From Planctomycetota bacterium (GTDB lineage: Bacteria > Planctomycetota > UBA8108 > SXIK01): a DNA stretch of 64,000 bases. Each line of letters begins with the position of its first letter. Within the stretch, counting starts at the first letter, position 1. Location of the stretch: NCBI GenBank assembly GCA_965223845.1, contig CBDCXR010000004.1, positions 5,184,001 to 5,248,000 of the forward strand. Direction: 5' to 3'. Positions 8,655 through 19,106 of this stretch are shown piece after piece. The notes below the pieces were generated by a model. It did no database searches and was not told where the DNA came from. It saw only the letters and a program-made list of their open reading frames with translations. Made by a program: the position numbers and the translations under genes.

Positions 8655-10436
8655 TCAGAAGATCTCGGGCTCCTTCTCCTCGTCGATGCGGAGCAGGTGG
8701 TCGAGCGAGAACGGCCCGGAGCCGCGCCACACGAGGAGGATCAGGGAGAAGAACACGAGCAGCGTGAACTGGAACCCCAGGTTCGATCCCCAAAGGCTTC
8801 CTTCCGCGCCCGTGACGCTCACGATCACGGCTCCCAGCATGACCACCGCGTTGACTCCCGCGGCAGCTCTCGTCACGAATCCGAGCGCGAGGCTCGCGCC
8901 CCCGATCACGTGAGCGAACACGACCGACCAGGCGATCATCTGCTGCCCGAGGCCGAGACCGTCGCTGAGCGAGGCCTCGAGCTCGGACATGTTCATGATG
9001 TAGTAGACGCCTTTGATCAGGAGCGCGATGCCGAGGTAGATCCGCAAGGCATCCATCGGACGGATGTGGCGGATTCCCGGGACGAGATCGCGGACCGGCT
9101 TGCGGTACCTGCGCTCGACTCGACGCCGCTCGATCGCTCGTTGGAACTCCTCGGAGGCGGCCTTCTCCTGGGCGGGGCTGAAGCGCACGAGAAACGCTGC
9201 GAACGCGCAGAAGGCGACACAGCACCCGAGGATAAGGAATGCGTCCCGATAGGATATGTTCTCGGCTCGGAGGAGGAAGCCGGCACAGACGGCGCCCATG
9301 TTTCCTCCGGCGCCCACGATTCCGGCGACCGCACCGAGCGCCTTCTTGTTGATGAACGGGACGACCGAGTAGGTCGCACCTTCGGACATCTGAACGAAGA
9401 GGCTGAAGACGATCATCGACGGGATCGCCAAGGCGATCACGGTCATCCGGGAGAAGAAAACGAGAGCGACGCCTTCGATGAGGAGAGCGATGAAGAGCCA
9501 CCGGACGCGGCCTCGGAGACCTCCGTTGCGGACGAACCGGTCGCTGATGTAGCCGCCGAGCGTGCGCGCGAAGATGTTCATGAGGCCGAAGAGTCCGGCG
9601 ACCAGCCCGGCGGTCTTGAGGCCGAGTCCGAAGTAGTCCCGGTAGTAGATCGCAGCGACATTGTTGATCGTGAGCTCGATCCCGAAACATGCCGCATAGA
9701 TGACGAAGAGCGCCCACACCCGATAGTCCTTCACCGCGGACCAGAAGGCGCCCTTCGACTTGGCGACGGTCGTCAGCTCACCTTTCTCGCGCAGCTCCTT
9801 AAAGTTCCCGTCCGGCAGATCGGTCGTGACGAACCAGTACGCGATTCCGGTGATGAGGCAGACCGCGCCGGCGACCACCATCGACGCGCGCCAGCTCGCG
9901 GCGTCCGAAAGGCCCATCGTGAGAAAGGCGGCCATGACGAGCGGCATCACCATCTGCGTGACGCCTCCTCCCAGGTTGCCCCAGCCGGCCGAGGTGGCAT
10001 TGGCCGTTCCCACGACGTTCGGAGCGAACATCACCGAAGTGTGATACTGGGTGATGACGAACGAAGCGCCGATGGTCCCGATTCCGAGACGGAACAAGAG
10101 GAACGTGGTGTAGTCCTGCGCGAGGCCGATCCCCATCACCGGCAGCGACCCGAGAACGAGAAGGATCGTGTAGCTCTTCCGCGGACCGATCCGGTCGCAG
10201 AGCCAGCCGATGAAGAGGCGCGCGAAGATCGTGATCGCGACGGAAGCGATGATCGTGTTTCCGATCTGCTGTTTCGTGAGCGACAGCTCCTCTCGCACGA
10301 CCGCCATCAAAGGGGCGATGCCGAACCACGCGAAGAAGCAGAGGAAGAAGGAGAACCACGTCATGTGGAACGCCCGCATCTGACGCGTCTTCAGCGTGAA
10401 GAGATCGATGCTCGTTGCCTTGTTCCGAACTTCCAC
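8655..10436 (-). CDS. narK: NNP-family nitrate transporter (NarK1/NRT2-like) fused to a C-terminal DoxX domain
   Basis: GWGNLGGG nitrate signature, 12-TM MFS; tail LRIYLG...HVIGGASLALGFVTR...GSGPFSLD. Start moved to GTG 10436 (GGAG RBS, downstream of the sigma54-like promoter). Confidence 0.9.
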   Translation of the reverse strand: MEVRNKATSIDLFTLKTRQMRAFHMTWFSFFLCFFAWFGIAPLMAVVREELSLTKQQIGNTIIASVAITIFARLFIGWLCDRIGPRKSYTILLVLGSLPVMGIGLAQDYTTFLLFRLGIGTIGASFVITQYHTSVMFAPNVVGTANATSAGWGNLGGGVTQMVMPLVMAAFLTMGLSDAASWRASMVVAGAVCLITGIAYWFVTTDLPDGNFKELREKGELTTVAKSKGAFWSAVKDYRVWALFVIYAACFGIELTINNVAAIYYRDYFGLGLKTAGLVAGLFGLMNIFARTLGGYISDRFVRNGGLRGRVRWLFIALLIEGVALVFFSRMTVIALAIPSMIVFSLFVQMSEGATYSVVPFINKKALGAVAGIVGAGGNMGAVCAGFLLRAENISYRDAFLILGCCVAFCAFAAFLVRFSPAQEKAASEEFQRAIERRRVERRYRKPVRDLVPGIRHIRPMDALRIYLGIALLIKGVYYIMNMSELEASLSDGLGLGQQMIAWSVVFAHVIGGASLALGFVTRAAAGVNAVVMLGAVIVSVTGAEGSLWGSNLGFQFTLLVFFSLILLVWRGSGPFSLDHLLRIDEEKEPEIF

Positions 10437-10495
10437 GGTTGGTTCTCCGGGCGGTAAACCGGTTCTCTGTGCACGCACTCCGTCATCCGCCGACA

Positions 10496-10511
10496 AGAAA
10501 ACTCCGTGCCA
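10496..10511 (-). promoter_or_regulatory. sigma54-like -24/-12 promoter of narK1-doxX
   Basis: TGGCACG-GAGT-TTTCT; perfect -24, -12 has T in place of the consensus G. Confidence 0.65.
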
Positions 10512-10667
10512 TCCGACAGACGGAGCTTCTCGCGAAACACAAGCCGCCGAACGATAGCGACTTACCGTGAAGTCCGGCCCGCATCTCGCACCGTGTTCAC
10601 GTGCGGGTGTGTGTACTTACGAAGGCTGTGACTCGACGCCCAAACGTACAACTACGTCTGACGCGGC

Positions 10668-10697
10668 GAGTTGCGTGCGCATACGGCCGTATGCGCA
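10668..10697. promoter_or_regulatory. Putative enhancer (UAS) for the sigma54 activator
   Basis: GAGTTGCGTGCGCATACGGCCGTATGC, 24/27 identical to 28542-28568; includes the perfect 22-bp palindrome TGCGCATACGGCCGTATGCGCA (10676-10697). Confidence 0.7.
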
Positions 10698-10788
10698 GCC
10701 GGATGCTAAGTGCGACACCCATGCAGCATTCGCCGGGCATTCGGCGACGAATACGCGCCGTCCTCGGATCCCCGCGTCGAGCCGTCTC

Positions 10789-11697
10789 TCAGACTTGGAG
10801 AAGACGGGCGAGATTCTCGGCGAAGATGAGTTGCTTGACCGAATCATCGACACCGAGCTGGTCGAGGGCCGCGTCCTGCGCCTCGAAGAGATCGCGTCGC
10901 CACCCGCGCGGAAACGTGGATGAGTCCGTGCCGAAGAGGATGCGCTCCGAACCGAACACTCCGAGCGCCCGCTCGAAAACATCGCGGAGCTGTGTCGGCG
11001 TCGGCTGGGCGGACATCCACGAGTTCGAGCTCGACGTGTCGACGTACACGTTGGGGCTCTGAGCACCGGCGAGGAGCGCCTCGCTCAGGAACCCGCCCCC
11101 GAAGTGGGGAAGGACGAACGTCACGCCCGGATGGCGCTCCGCCGCCGCCGACACGGCGAGCGGTGTCGCGCAGCGAATATCGTAGGTCGGACGGACGCCG
11201 AGAAGATCTCGAAGCTTGATCGCGAGAACGCCACAGTGGACGACGATCGGTGCGCGGCTCGCTTTCGCCTGCTCGTAGAGCGGATCGAGAGCTTCCGAGC
11301 TCGGATCGAAGTACCCAATCGCCGGGAAGAGAAGTACGCCGCGGCCGCCGCGGCGGAGCCCTTCGGCCGCGGCTTCGACGCCGCCGGGCTGCGACGGATC
11401 GCACGCGAGATACGGGATCAAGCGGTTCCCGCTCGACGCGCAGGCCTCGAGCACGGTGGGCCCTTCCGGGGGCACGCTCGCGAAGCTCACGGCACAGTTG
11501 ACGCTGTTCCCGTCGAGCTCGCGGATCCAACGTTTCGTGTGATCGGACGTGACCTGAGAAGGGAGCTCGATGCCGGTCTTTTCGACGATCTGAGCGAGTA
11601 GCTCACTCGCTTCACTCTCGGACTTCGATGCGGCCTGGCTCGCCAAGGTGCTAAAGAAGCCGTACGAGAAGAAATGGGTGTGAGCGTCGCAGATCAT
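10789..11697 (-). CDS. Amidohydrolase_2 family metal-dependent hydrolase
   Basis: DAHTH, VVHCG, LPHFGGG, YVDTS, ILFGTD motifs. Confidence 0.9.
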   Translation of the reverse strand: MICDAHTHFFSYGFFSTLASQAASKSESEASELLAQIVEKTGIELPSQVTSDHTKRWIRELDGNSVNCAVSFASVPPEGPTVLEACASSGNRLIPYLACDPSQPGGVEAAAEGLRRGGRGVLLFPAIGYFDPSSEALDPLYEQAKASRAPIVVHCGVLAIKLRDLLGVRPTYDIRCATPLAVSAAAERHPGVTFVLPHFGGGFLSEALLAGAQSPNVYVDTSSSNSWMSAQPTPTQLRDVFERALGVFGSERILFGTDSSTFPRGWRRDLFEAQDAALDQLGVDDSVKQLIFAENLARLLQV

Positions 11698-11721
11698 GAT
11701 CCACCGCCGAGTCCGATGTTT

Positions 11722-12924
11722 CTACTGGTGGTGTTCGAGGCTCTCCGTCAAGCGGGGATCCGTCGTCGGGATGATAGGTGCTCGACCGAGGTTTCGGAAG
11801 AACACCAAAGCAAAGAGCGACAGGACACCGAGCACCGGGAAGATCTCCCACACGCCGAGCGGTGGCCCTTCCCGGTGAAACGGAGGCTCGATCATCAGAT
11901 AGAGATCGAGCCAGCGCCCCACGATCAACAGCCCGCTGATCGTGAGCAGTGTGTTGGCGCTCCGCTTGGCGCTCCGAGGAAGAAGGACTAGGAACGGAAT
12001 CAACCAGTTGACGACCAGGTTGAGGACGAAGAGGACCCCCCACGTTCCCTTCTGTCGCGCGATGAAGTGAGACGTCTCCTCCGGGATGTTCGCATACCAG
12101 ATCAGCATGTACTGGCAGAACCAGATGTACGCCCAGAACGTGCTGAAGCTGATCAACAGCTTTCCTAAATCGTGGAGGTGATCCTCGCGAACCAATCCAC
12201 CGAGCGGGCCGAGTCGCGTCAGGATGATCACCGTGAAGGTGACCACGGCGAGACCACCGACGAAGAGCCCGGAAAAGTTGTAGAGGGCGAACGCCGTGCT
12301 GAACCAATGGGGCTCGAGCGACATGATCCAGTCGAAGCAGATCACGGAGAACGTAATCGCAAAGACGGCGAGAAAAATTCCCGAAGCTCCAACGGGGCGA
12401 TCGTGGGCATCGCTCGCTCCCGCCGACTCTTTTCGTCTCGGGGCCACGACGAGGAAGTAGGAGAAGACGAGCCAGCAGGCCGCACAGATCACGGTGCGGA
12501 CGATGAAGAAGAGCGGATCGAGCCAAGCGCTCTTGCCCTCGAGGATCGGGTCGGCGGCGACGACCTCGGCGTGACTCCATTCGTAGAGAATCGGGATCAG
12601 CGAGAGGACCGCGACCGAGAGAAGGACGGCCAAAGGCAGCGTCATCGCCATCGCTTCGGGCACCCGGCGGAGCACGACGCTCCACGAGGCCGAAGTGACG
12701 TTCTGAAACGCGACGAAGAGGAGGCCCGCCAATCCGAGCCCCAGGACGTAGAACACGCCGACGAGGATGTTCGCTCCCATCCTCTCCGGCGCGACGAAGA
12801 GACCGATGATCGCAGCGGCCACGCCGACGATCGCGAGAGTCGTCAGCGCGCGGCTCCAGACCTCGGGCAGCTTGGCGATAGGCGTCGAGCGCGAGACGCT
12901 TCGGTGTGCGGTTTCGGTGGTCAT
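11722..12924 (-). CDS. actF: Alternative complex III subunit F (NrfD-like membrane protein)
   Basis: WSVVLRRVPE, DWIMSLEPHWFST, HLHDLGK, FWAYIWFCQYMLIWYANIPEET. Confidence 0.9.
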   Translation of the reverse strand: MTTETAHRSVSRSTPIAKLPEVWSRALTTLAIVGVAAAIIGLFVAPERMGANILVGVFYVLGLGLAGLLFVAFQNVTSASWSVVLRRVPEAMAMTLPLAVLLSVAVLSLIPILYEWSHAEVVAADPILEGKSAWLDPLFFIVRTVICAACWLVFSYFLVVAPRRKESAGASDAHDRPVGASGIFLAVFAITFSVICFDWIMSLEPHWFSTAFALYNFSGLFVGGLAVVTFTVIILTRLGPLGGLVREDHLHDLGKLLISFSTFWAYIWFCQYMLIWYANIPEETSHFIARQKGTWGVLFVLNLVVNWLIPFLVLLPRSAKRSANTLLTISGLLIVGRWLDLYLMIEPPFHREGPPLGVWEIFPVLGVLSLFALVFFRNLGRAPIIPTTDPRLTESLEHHQ

Positions 12925-13508
12925 CGTGAGGAGTCTTCCGGCGCCGCCTGTTGCAGCGAGCGCACGTACAAGATCACTTTCCAGCGATCACTTCGCTCGA
13001 CCTGCGAGGCGTAAGAAGCCATGTTGCCCTGCCCGAGAGTCAGAACGTGGTACATCTGCCCGTCCTTCATCTCGCGTGCTCTCTCGGCGAGCAGCGAGGG
13101 CGGCGGGGGAACGCCGCGCTTCGTCATCGGGCCCTGCCCGCTTCCATTGGCCGCGTGACACATCTCGCAGAACGTCCGGTAGACGAAAGCTCCCCGCTCG
13201 ACCGCTCGGGCGTCTTCTGCGCTCTCGGGATTCCGCAGCTCCTCGCCTGCCCGGAGGGCTTCTTCCGGCGTCGGCGAGTAACGGAATGCCGGATACCCCA
13301 CGGCAGCCGACCCCGGCGGCGGAAGCAGGCCGCTCCCATCTCCCGTGACCGGAGTCGATCCCTGCGAGTCGTAGGGAACGGAATCGTGCATGTCCGCGAG
13401 GATCTGAAAACTGCGCTGGCTGCGGTCGGGGATCACGGCGAAGTGGAGAAGAACGACCAGCACGATCGCCGCGACGAGTAGCTTGCCTCCGAGTCCAAGA
13501 CTGCTCAC
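12921..13508 (-). CDS. actE: Alternative complex III subunit E, monoheme cytochrome c
   Basis: GTG start overlapping the actD stop; DMHDSV, CEMCH, DGQMYHV..G.GNM.SY, DRWKVILYVRSLQ. Confidence 0.88.
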   Translation of the reverse strand: MSSLGLGGKLLVAAIVLVVLLHFAVIPDRSQRSFQILADMHDSVPYDSQGSTPVTGDGSGLLPPPGSAAVGYPAFRYSPTPEEALRAGEELRNPESAEDARAVERGAFVYRTFCEMCHAANGSGQGPMTKRGVPPPPSLLAERAREMKDGQMYHVLTLGQGNMASYASQVERSDRWKVILYVRSLQQAAPEDSSR

Positions 13509-14044
13509 CGCGTCACCTCCTCGTAGCCAGTCACGACCTCGACGGCGCCGAACTCCTCGAGCAGTCGGTTCACCGTGTCCGGATTCTGCGACGCATCCGC
13601 CAAGCGAAGCACGATGGCGAAACGGTCGTCCGTCACCCGCGGATGCACGAGCTGCGCGCGCCTCCCCGGTAGGAGTCGGCGATGGAAGAGCAGGGCGAAG
13701 ATCACTCCGTAGCCGCCGCACAGGACGACCATCTCGAAAACGATCGGAATGACCGCCGGGAGCGAGTTGAACGGTTTGCCGCCGATATTCGTCGGCCAAT
13801 CGACGGCCAGCGTCCAGGTAGCAAGCCAGAGCATGCCTGCGCCCCCGAGGAGTCCACAGATGAAGCAGACCCACGGCAGCCAGGAGCGCCTGAGCCCCAT
13901 CGCTTCGTCGAGGCCGTGCACGGCGTAAGGCGAGTACACATCTACGATCTGAAGGCCGAGACGGCGCGACTCGCGAGTGACCCCGAGGATCGATTCTTCG
14001 TTGTCGAAGATTCCGGTCCATTGCCGGACGCCGAGCACGCTCAT
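13505..14044 (-). CDS. actD: Alternative complex III subunit D (DUF3341)
   Basis: [38 protein letters not shown]. Confidence 0.92.
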   Translation of the reverse strand: MSVLGVRQWTGIFDNEESILGVTRESRRLGLQIVDVYSPYAVHGLDEAMGLRRSWLPWVCFICGLLGGAGMLWLATWTLAVDWPTNIGGKPFNSLPAVIPIVFEMVVLCGGYGVIFALLFHRRLLPGRRAQLVHPRVTDDRFAIVLRLADASQNPDTVNRLLEEFGAVEVVTGYEEVTR

Positions 14045-15405
14045 TCGTCACCTCCCTTCTCGGACTTGCCGACGTGGAGGACACCCTTGACCTCGGCGAT
14101 GGCGATCATCGGGAGGAAACGGCAAAAAAGGAGAAAGCACGTGAAAAAGAGCCCGAAGCTCCCGAGCAGCGTAGCGAGCTCGATGGACGTCGGAGCGTAG
14201 CTCGACCAACTCGACGGCAGAAAGTCTCGGTGGAGCGAAGTGACGATGATCACGAAGCGTTCGAACCACATGCCGAGGTTGACGAGGATCGTGATCGCGA
14301 ACACGAGGGCGATGTTCGCTCGCACCCGCTTGAACCAGAGAAGCTGCGGTACGATGACGTTGCAAGCCACCATGATCCAGTACGACCAACCCATCGGCCC
14401 CGCGGCGCGATTGAAGAAGGCGAACTGTTCGTACTCGTTCCCGGAATACCACGCGGTGAAGAACTCGGTGCCGTAGGCGAGTCCGACCATCAAGCCGGTG
14501 GCGAGCACGAGCTTGCACATGGCATCGATATGCCGAGTCGTGATGTACTGCTCGAAGCGCATGACCCGGCGCGCGATGATCATCAAGGTGAGAACCATCG
14601 ACATACCGCTGAAGATCGCTCCGGCTACGAAGTAGGGCGGAAGGATCGTGGTATGCCAGCCCGGTATGACCGAGGTGGCGAAGTCGAAGCTGACGATCGT
14701 GTGCACCGACAGAACGAGCGGCGTCGCGAGACCGGCCAAGAGGAGGTAGACGATCTCGTAGTGCGACCAAGTCCTCTGCGACCCGTTCCAGCCCAGGCTG
14801 AAGAACGCCAAGATGGCGCGGCGCACCTTGGACGTCGCGCGATCCCGCAGTGTTGCCAAGTCGGGAACGAGTCCTAGCAGCCAGAAGCCGAGCGAGATGA
14901 GGAAGTAGGTGCTGATCGCGAAAACATCCCAGAGGAGAGCCGAGCGAAAGTTCACCCACAGTGGCCCTCGAGTATTCGGGTAAGGGAGAACCCAGTAGGC
15001 TAGCCAAGGCCGACCCATGTGAATGAGAGGAAAGATGCCGGCGCACATCACGGCGAAGATCGTCATCGCTTCCGCCGAACGGTTCACGGCGGTGCGCCAG
15101 CGCTGACGGAAGAGGAAGAGGATCGCCGAGATCAGAGTGCCGGCGTGGCCGATACCGATCCAAAAGACGAAGTTGGTGATGTCGAAGGCCCAGCCGACGG
15201 TCCGGTTGAGGCCCCAGGTCCCGATGCCCAAAACCGTCTGATAGGTGACGGCTGCGATGCCGAGGATCATGACCGCGAACGAGACGAAGAACGCGATGTA
15301 CCATGCGCGCGTCGGTCTCCGCTCGAGCGGCGAGCATACGTCCCTCGTCACTTGCCCGAGGCTCTTGCCTCCGTCGACGAGCGGAGGAATGACCCGGCTA
15401 GCCAT
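14041..15405 (-). CDS. actC: Alternative complex III subunit C (NrfD/PsrC quinol-binding subunit)
   Basis: [55 protein letters not shown]; start at MASRVIPP. Confidence 0.95.
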   Translation of the reverse strand: MASRVIPPLVDGGKSLGQVTRDVCSPLERRPTRAWYIAFFVSFAVMILGIAAVTYQTVLGIGTWGLNRTVGWAFDITNFVFWIGIGHAGTLISAILFLFRQRWRTAVNRSAEAMTIFAVMCAGIFPLIHMGRPWLAYWVLPYPNTRGPLWVNFRSALLWDVFAISTYFLISLGFWLLGLVPDLATLRDRATSKVRRAILAFFSLGWNGSQRTWSHYEIVYLLLAGLATPLVLSVHTIVSFDFATSVIPGWHTTILPPYFVAGAIFSGMSMVLTLMIIARRVMRFEQYITTRHIDAMCKLVLATGLMVGLAYGTEFFTAWYSGNEYEQFAFFNRAAGPMGWSYWIMVACNVIVPQLLWFKRVRANIALVFAITILVNLGMWFERFVIIVTSLHRDFLPSSWSSYAPTSIELATLLGSFGLFFTCFLLFCRFLPMIAIAEVKGVLHVGKSEKGGDE

Positions 15406-18400
15406 GACGCGCCTCCCCTTCCTCGCGCCCGCCCTCGTGCCCACCTTCGTAATTGCGCACCTTTCTCAGATAGCCCACCGAGGGGAGGACGTTCAGCTCC
15501 TCGAGGACGTGGTAGTGGCGGGGATCGCCTCGCTGCCTCGCGATCGCGCTCTCACGGTCGTTGCGGTCGCCGAACACGATGGCCTGAGCGGGGCATGACT
15601 GGACGCAGGCGGGTTGAATTTCTCCGTCGCGCACCGAGCGGCCTTCGCGCTTCGCTTCGATCTTTGCCTCCTGGATGCGCTGAACGCAGAAACTGCACTT
15701 CTCCATGATCCCGCGCGAGCGCACCGTCACATCCGGGTTGAGAACCATGTTCTCGAGCTGGTCGTCGCGGGGGTAGTCGAACCAGTTGAAGCGGCGTGTC
15801 TTGTAGGGACAGTTGTTCGCGCAGTAACGCGTGCCGACGCAGCGGTTGTAGACCTGCTGATTGAGCCCCTCGTCGCTGTGGACCGTGGCCAGCACTGGGC
15901 ACACGTTCTCGCAGGGAGCGTTGTCGCAGTGTTGACACATCATCGGTTGGTGCGCGACCCGGACATCGTCCCCCTCTCCGCTGTAGTAGCGGTCGATGCG
16001 AATCCAGCTCATCTCGCGATTGCGCGCGACCTCGTCCTTGCCCACGACGGGGATGTTGTTCTCGGCTTGGCAGCCGATGACGCATCCGCTGCACCCGGTA
16101 CAACGCGAGAGGTCGACGGCCATCGCCCAGTGATGTCCGTCGTAGGAATGATCCTCGGGCCACATCGACTTCAGCTCGTGAGTGGGATGTCCACCGGCGT
16201 GCGGGTCCTTCTGATACTTCGCGAGCGTCGTCTCTTGGACAATGGGACGCGGATGCGCGTGACCCGCGGTGAGATGCTTCGGCACCTCGAGTGAGTGGTA
16301 CTCTTGCGTGCGAGCCAGCGTGCGAGTCTCGTTGGTCCTCGCAACCTCGACGACCGTTCCACCGTAGCGCAGCCCGCCGCCCGCAAAGGAGAGCAGCGGT
16401 GCCGCGTTCACGCCGACCGTCTCACCCGCCTCGACGGTGGGTCGGGCCTCGATCCACTGGGGGCCGACGTTCAGGAAGCGGTCGGTTCCCGTGCGGCCGT
16501 AGCCGAGCGCGACAGCGATCGTCGCAGCGTGTTGACCCGGCTGGACCAGAGCCGGGAGCTCGATCGTCACCGAGGCGCCGTCGGCCGACGATCGCGTCAG
16601 GCGCAGGACATCTCCGGTCTCGACGCCGAGATCTGCGGCGTACGCAGGTGCGATGGCGGCGTAGTTGTCCCAGGCGACCTTGCTGATCGGATCGGGCAGT
16701 TCCTGCAGCCACGCGTTATGCGCGTGGCTGCCATCGCGCAGCCCGATCTTCTCGTAGAGCAGCACTTCGACTCCGCTCGCGACACCGGTCGCAGGCGCAG
16801 CGATCGTCGGCTCTCGATACTCCGTCGGCGCCGTCGACGCAGGAGCGACCTCGACGAATCCGCGCTGGAGCGTGTCATCCCAAAGTCGGTCGAGCGACCG
16901 GTCCGAGTCCGGAAGCTCGGATCGCGGCAGTATGGCGCTTCGCCAGTGGTCTCGCAGTATGTCGAGGTGGCTTCGTGCCCCGCCGCTCCAAGCGGCCAGG
17001 CTTTCGACGACGGAACGCGTCTTTCCGAAGGGCCTCACCACGGGCTGCGTCACCGTGACGACGCCGGCCACAGGCTCTGAGTCGCCCCAACTTTCGAGGA
17101 AGTGGTGATCCGGACAGACGAAGTGTGCCTGCGCCGCGGTTTCATCCACGCGTTCCGCGAAACTGACGATCACGGAGGCCTTTCCGAGTGCGCTGCTCAG
17201 CTCGGTGCTCGTCGGGAGATCGTAGGCAGGGTTGACCCCGTGGACGAAGACGGTTCCGACCTTTCCTTCACGCAGCTCCGAGAGGAGATCGATCAGATCC
17301 CGATCGTTTCCGCGCCGCTGGAACGACGGGCGTTGAAGATCGATCGCCTCCGAGCCCGAGCCGACGTTCTTCAGAAGGTTGTTGGTCCACGCCGTGACGC
17401 GCTGCGCCTCGAGGTCGTTCGCACCGCAGACGATGAGAGTTCGTCCTCTCGGTGCGCTCCACAGGCGCGCGGCGAGCCGCTCGACGACGCCGGGGTCGAG
17501 AGGGCCGCCCGCAGGCTGCGCCCAGGGCGGAGTGGCGCCGGCCTCGGCGGCTACCGCCGCCGCGAGCTGCGCGATCGCCGCGTGAAGCTGGGAGGGACGC
17601 ACGGTCCAGCGGTCGTCGGCGTTGCTTCCGGTCACCGAAAGACCGGACTCGATCTGGGCGTGGTACGCCACGCGCGAGTTGGCGCCGTCGAGCTTGCGTC
17701 CCTCGAAGTACGAAGCGGTGAACTCGACCGGCGAGATCCAGGCGCCGAGAAAATCCGCCTCGAACCCCACGATCACCTCGGCGCGATCGAAGCGAAGGCG
17801 GGGAAGGACTCGGACCCCGTAGGCTTCCTCTTGGGCGTCGAGGAGCGCGGACGCGGATACCGGGTCGTACTCGACGAGCTTTCCATCGGGGAACGTCGAC
17901 AGGAACGCTTCGATGCTCGCGCGAAGCGTCGGGCTCGTGATGCTTCGCGACAGAAACCGCACCGCGCCTCCTCCTGCGCGAACGCGATCGAGCTCGGCGC
18001 GAAGCGCGGGATCGAGCTCCGCCCAGTCCTTCGCTGCGCCGCGGAGGAGCGGCCCCTTCAGGCGCTTCGAGTCGTAGAGCCCGAGCAGGCTCGCCTGTCC
18101 GACCGCGCACAGCCCGCCCTTCGACACCGGCTGCTCGAGACCCTCGAGCTTGATCGGTCGGCCGTCGCGGTTCTTCGTGAGGACGCCACAGCTCGCCGTG
18201 CAAGCCCCGCAGGTCGACGCGTACCACGTCGCTCTTCCCGGCGTGATCTCCTCCGGCTTGACGAGGTAGGGGATGAGCTTTTCCTCGCGCCCGCGGGTGC
18301 AACCGGTGAGGGCCGTTCCGCCGAGGGAGAATCCGGCGAGCTTCAGAAAGGATCGACGATCGACGCCTTCCCGCTCGCCGCTCTCCGGCTCGCGTCCTCC

Positions 18401-18427
18401 ACTATCGATCGATTCTCCGGGCCTCAT
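15398..18427 (-). CDS. actB: Alternative complex III subunit B (TAT-exported molybdopterin-fold plus Fe-S domain)
   Basis: RRSFLK...LTGC TAT lipoprotein signal; DGRPIKLEG; [11 protein letters not shown]; [41 protein letters not shown]...CVQSCP. Confidence 0.95.
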   Translation of the reverse strand: MRPGESIDSGGREPESGEREGVDRRSFLKLAGFSLGGTALTGCTRGREEKLIPYLVKPEEITPGRATWYASTCGACTASCGVLTKNRDGRPIKLEGLEQPVSKGGLCAVGQASLLGLYDSKRLKGPLLRGAAKDWAELDPALRAELDRVRAGGGAVRFLSRSITSPTLRASIEAFLSTFPDGKLVEYDPVSASALLDAQEEAYGVRVLPRLRFDRAEVIVGFEADFLGAWISPVEFTASYFEGRKLDGANSRVAYHAQIESGLSVTGSNADDRWTVRPSQLHAAIAQLAAAVAAEAGATPPWAQPAGGPLDPGVVERLAARLWSAPRGRTLIVCGANDLEAQRVTAWTNNLLKNVGSGSEAIDLQRPSFQRRGNDRDLIDLLSELREGKVGTVFVHGVNPAYDLPTSTELSSALGKASVIVSFAERVDETAAQAHFVCPDHHFLESWGDSEPVAGVVTVTQPVVRPFGKTRSVVESLAAWSGGARSHLDILRDHWRSAILPRSELPDSDRSLDRLWDDTLQRGFVEVAPASTAPTEYREPTIAAPATGVASGVEVLLYEKIGLRDGSHAHNAWLQELPDPISKVAWDNYAAIAPAYAADLGVETGDVLRLTRSSADGASVTIELPALVQPGQHAATIAVALGYGRTGTDRFLNVGPQWIEARPTVEAGETVGVNAAPLLSFAGGGLRYGGTVVEVARTNETRTLARTQEYHSLEVPKHLTAGHAHPRPIVQETTLAKYQKDPHAGGHPTHELKSMWPEDHSYDGHHWAMAVDLSRCTGCSGCVIGCQAENNIPVVGKDEVARNREMSWIRIDRYYSGEGDDVRVAHQPMMCQHCDNAPCENVCPVLATVHSDEGLNQQVYNRCVGTRYCANNCPYKTRRFNWFDYPRDDQLENMVLNPDVTVRSRGIMEKCSFCVQRIQEAKIEAKREGRSVRDGEIQPACVQSCPAQAIVFGDRNDRESAIARQRGDPRHYHVLEELNVLPSVGYLRKVRNYEGGHEGGREEGEARHG

Positions 18428-18442
18428 GGCTTTCTCTGCGTT

Positions 18443-19093
18443 TCAGTAGTGGCATGCCGAACAATCTGTCGAGGCGTCCACGTGTCCCTGCGCGGGGTCC
18501 TCGCTCTCGTGACGGTGGCAGTTCACACACCAGCCCATCGACAGAGTCTCCACTTGATGCATTCGCTCCATCGTCTCGACGGCACCGTGACAGCGGCGGC
18601 AGTCGATGCCGGCGGCGACATGGGGCCGGTGGTCGAAATAGACGTAGTCCGGAACGCGGTGCACCCGAACCCACTCGATCGGGCGCGTCGTCCGGGCGGG
18701 GTCCGGCTTCAGGTTCTCGTCGAGGCCGAATGCGTCGTACAGCTTTCGAAGCTCGGGAGAGACGACCAGACGCGCCTTGCGGCCCTCGGTCTCGGCGAGC
18801 TTCTCTTCCGCGCGGACATCGATCATCGGGGCCGTGACGAAGTTGTGGCAGTTCATGCACACGTCGGCTGACGGAATGCCGGCGTGCCGGCTCTTCTCGG
18901 CCCCCGAGTGGCAATAGAGGCAGGGGACGCCGAGCTCGCCCGCGTGGAGTCGGTGAGAGTAGGCGATCGGCTGCTCCGGTGAGTATCCCTGGTCGTTCCC
19001 CGGCAGGTGGACGGTGCCGAGAAGACTCACCAGCGAAATCGTGCTGTAGAGGAGTGCCAGAACCAGAAGAATGGTCAGTGTCCGACCGTGCAT
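18443..19093 (-). CDS. actA: Alternative complex III subunit A, pentaheme cytochrome c
   Basis: N-terminal TM, GYSPEQPIAYSH, five CxxCH (CLYCH, CMNCH, CRRCH, CVNCH, CSACH). Confidence 0.93.
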   Translation of the reverse strand: MHGRTLTILLVLALLYSTISLVSLLGTVHLPGNDQGYSPEQPIAYSHRLHAGELGVPCLYCHSGAEKSRHAGIPSADVCMNCHNFVTAPMIDVRAEEKLAETEGRKARLVVSPELRKLYDAFGLDENLKPDPARTTRPIEWVRVHRVPDYVYFDHRPHVAAGIDCRRCHGAVETMERMHQVETLSMGWCVNCHRHESEDPAQGHVDASTDCSACHY

Positions 19094-19106
19094 CGACGTC
19101 TTTCCT

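Noticed and set aside
13509-14084. Long N-terminal extension of the actE ORF
   Set aside because: Overlaps actD out of frame; the GTG at 13508 is coupled to the actD stop.
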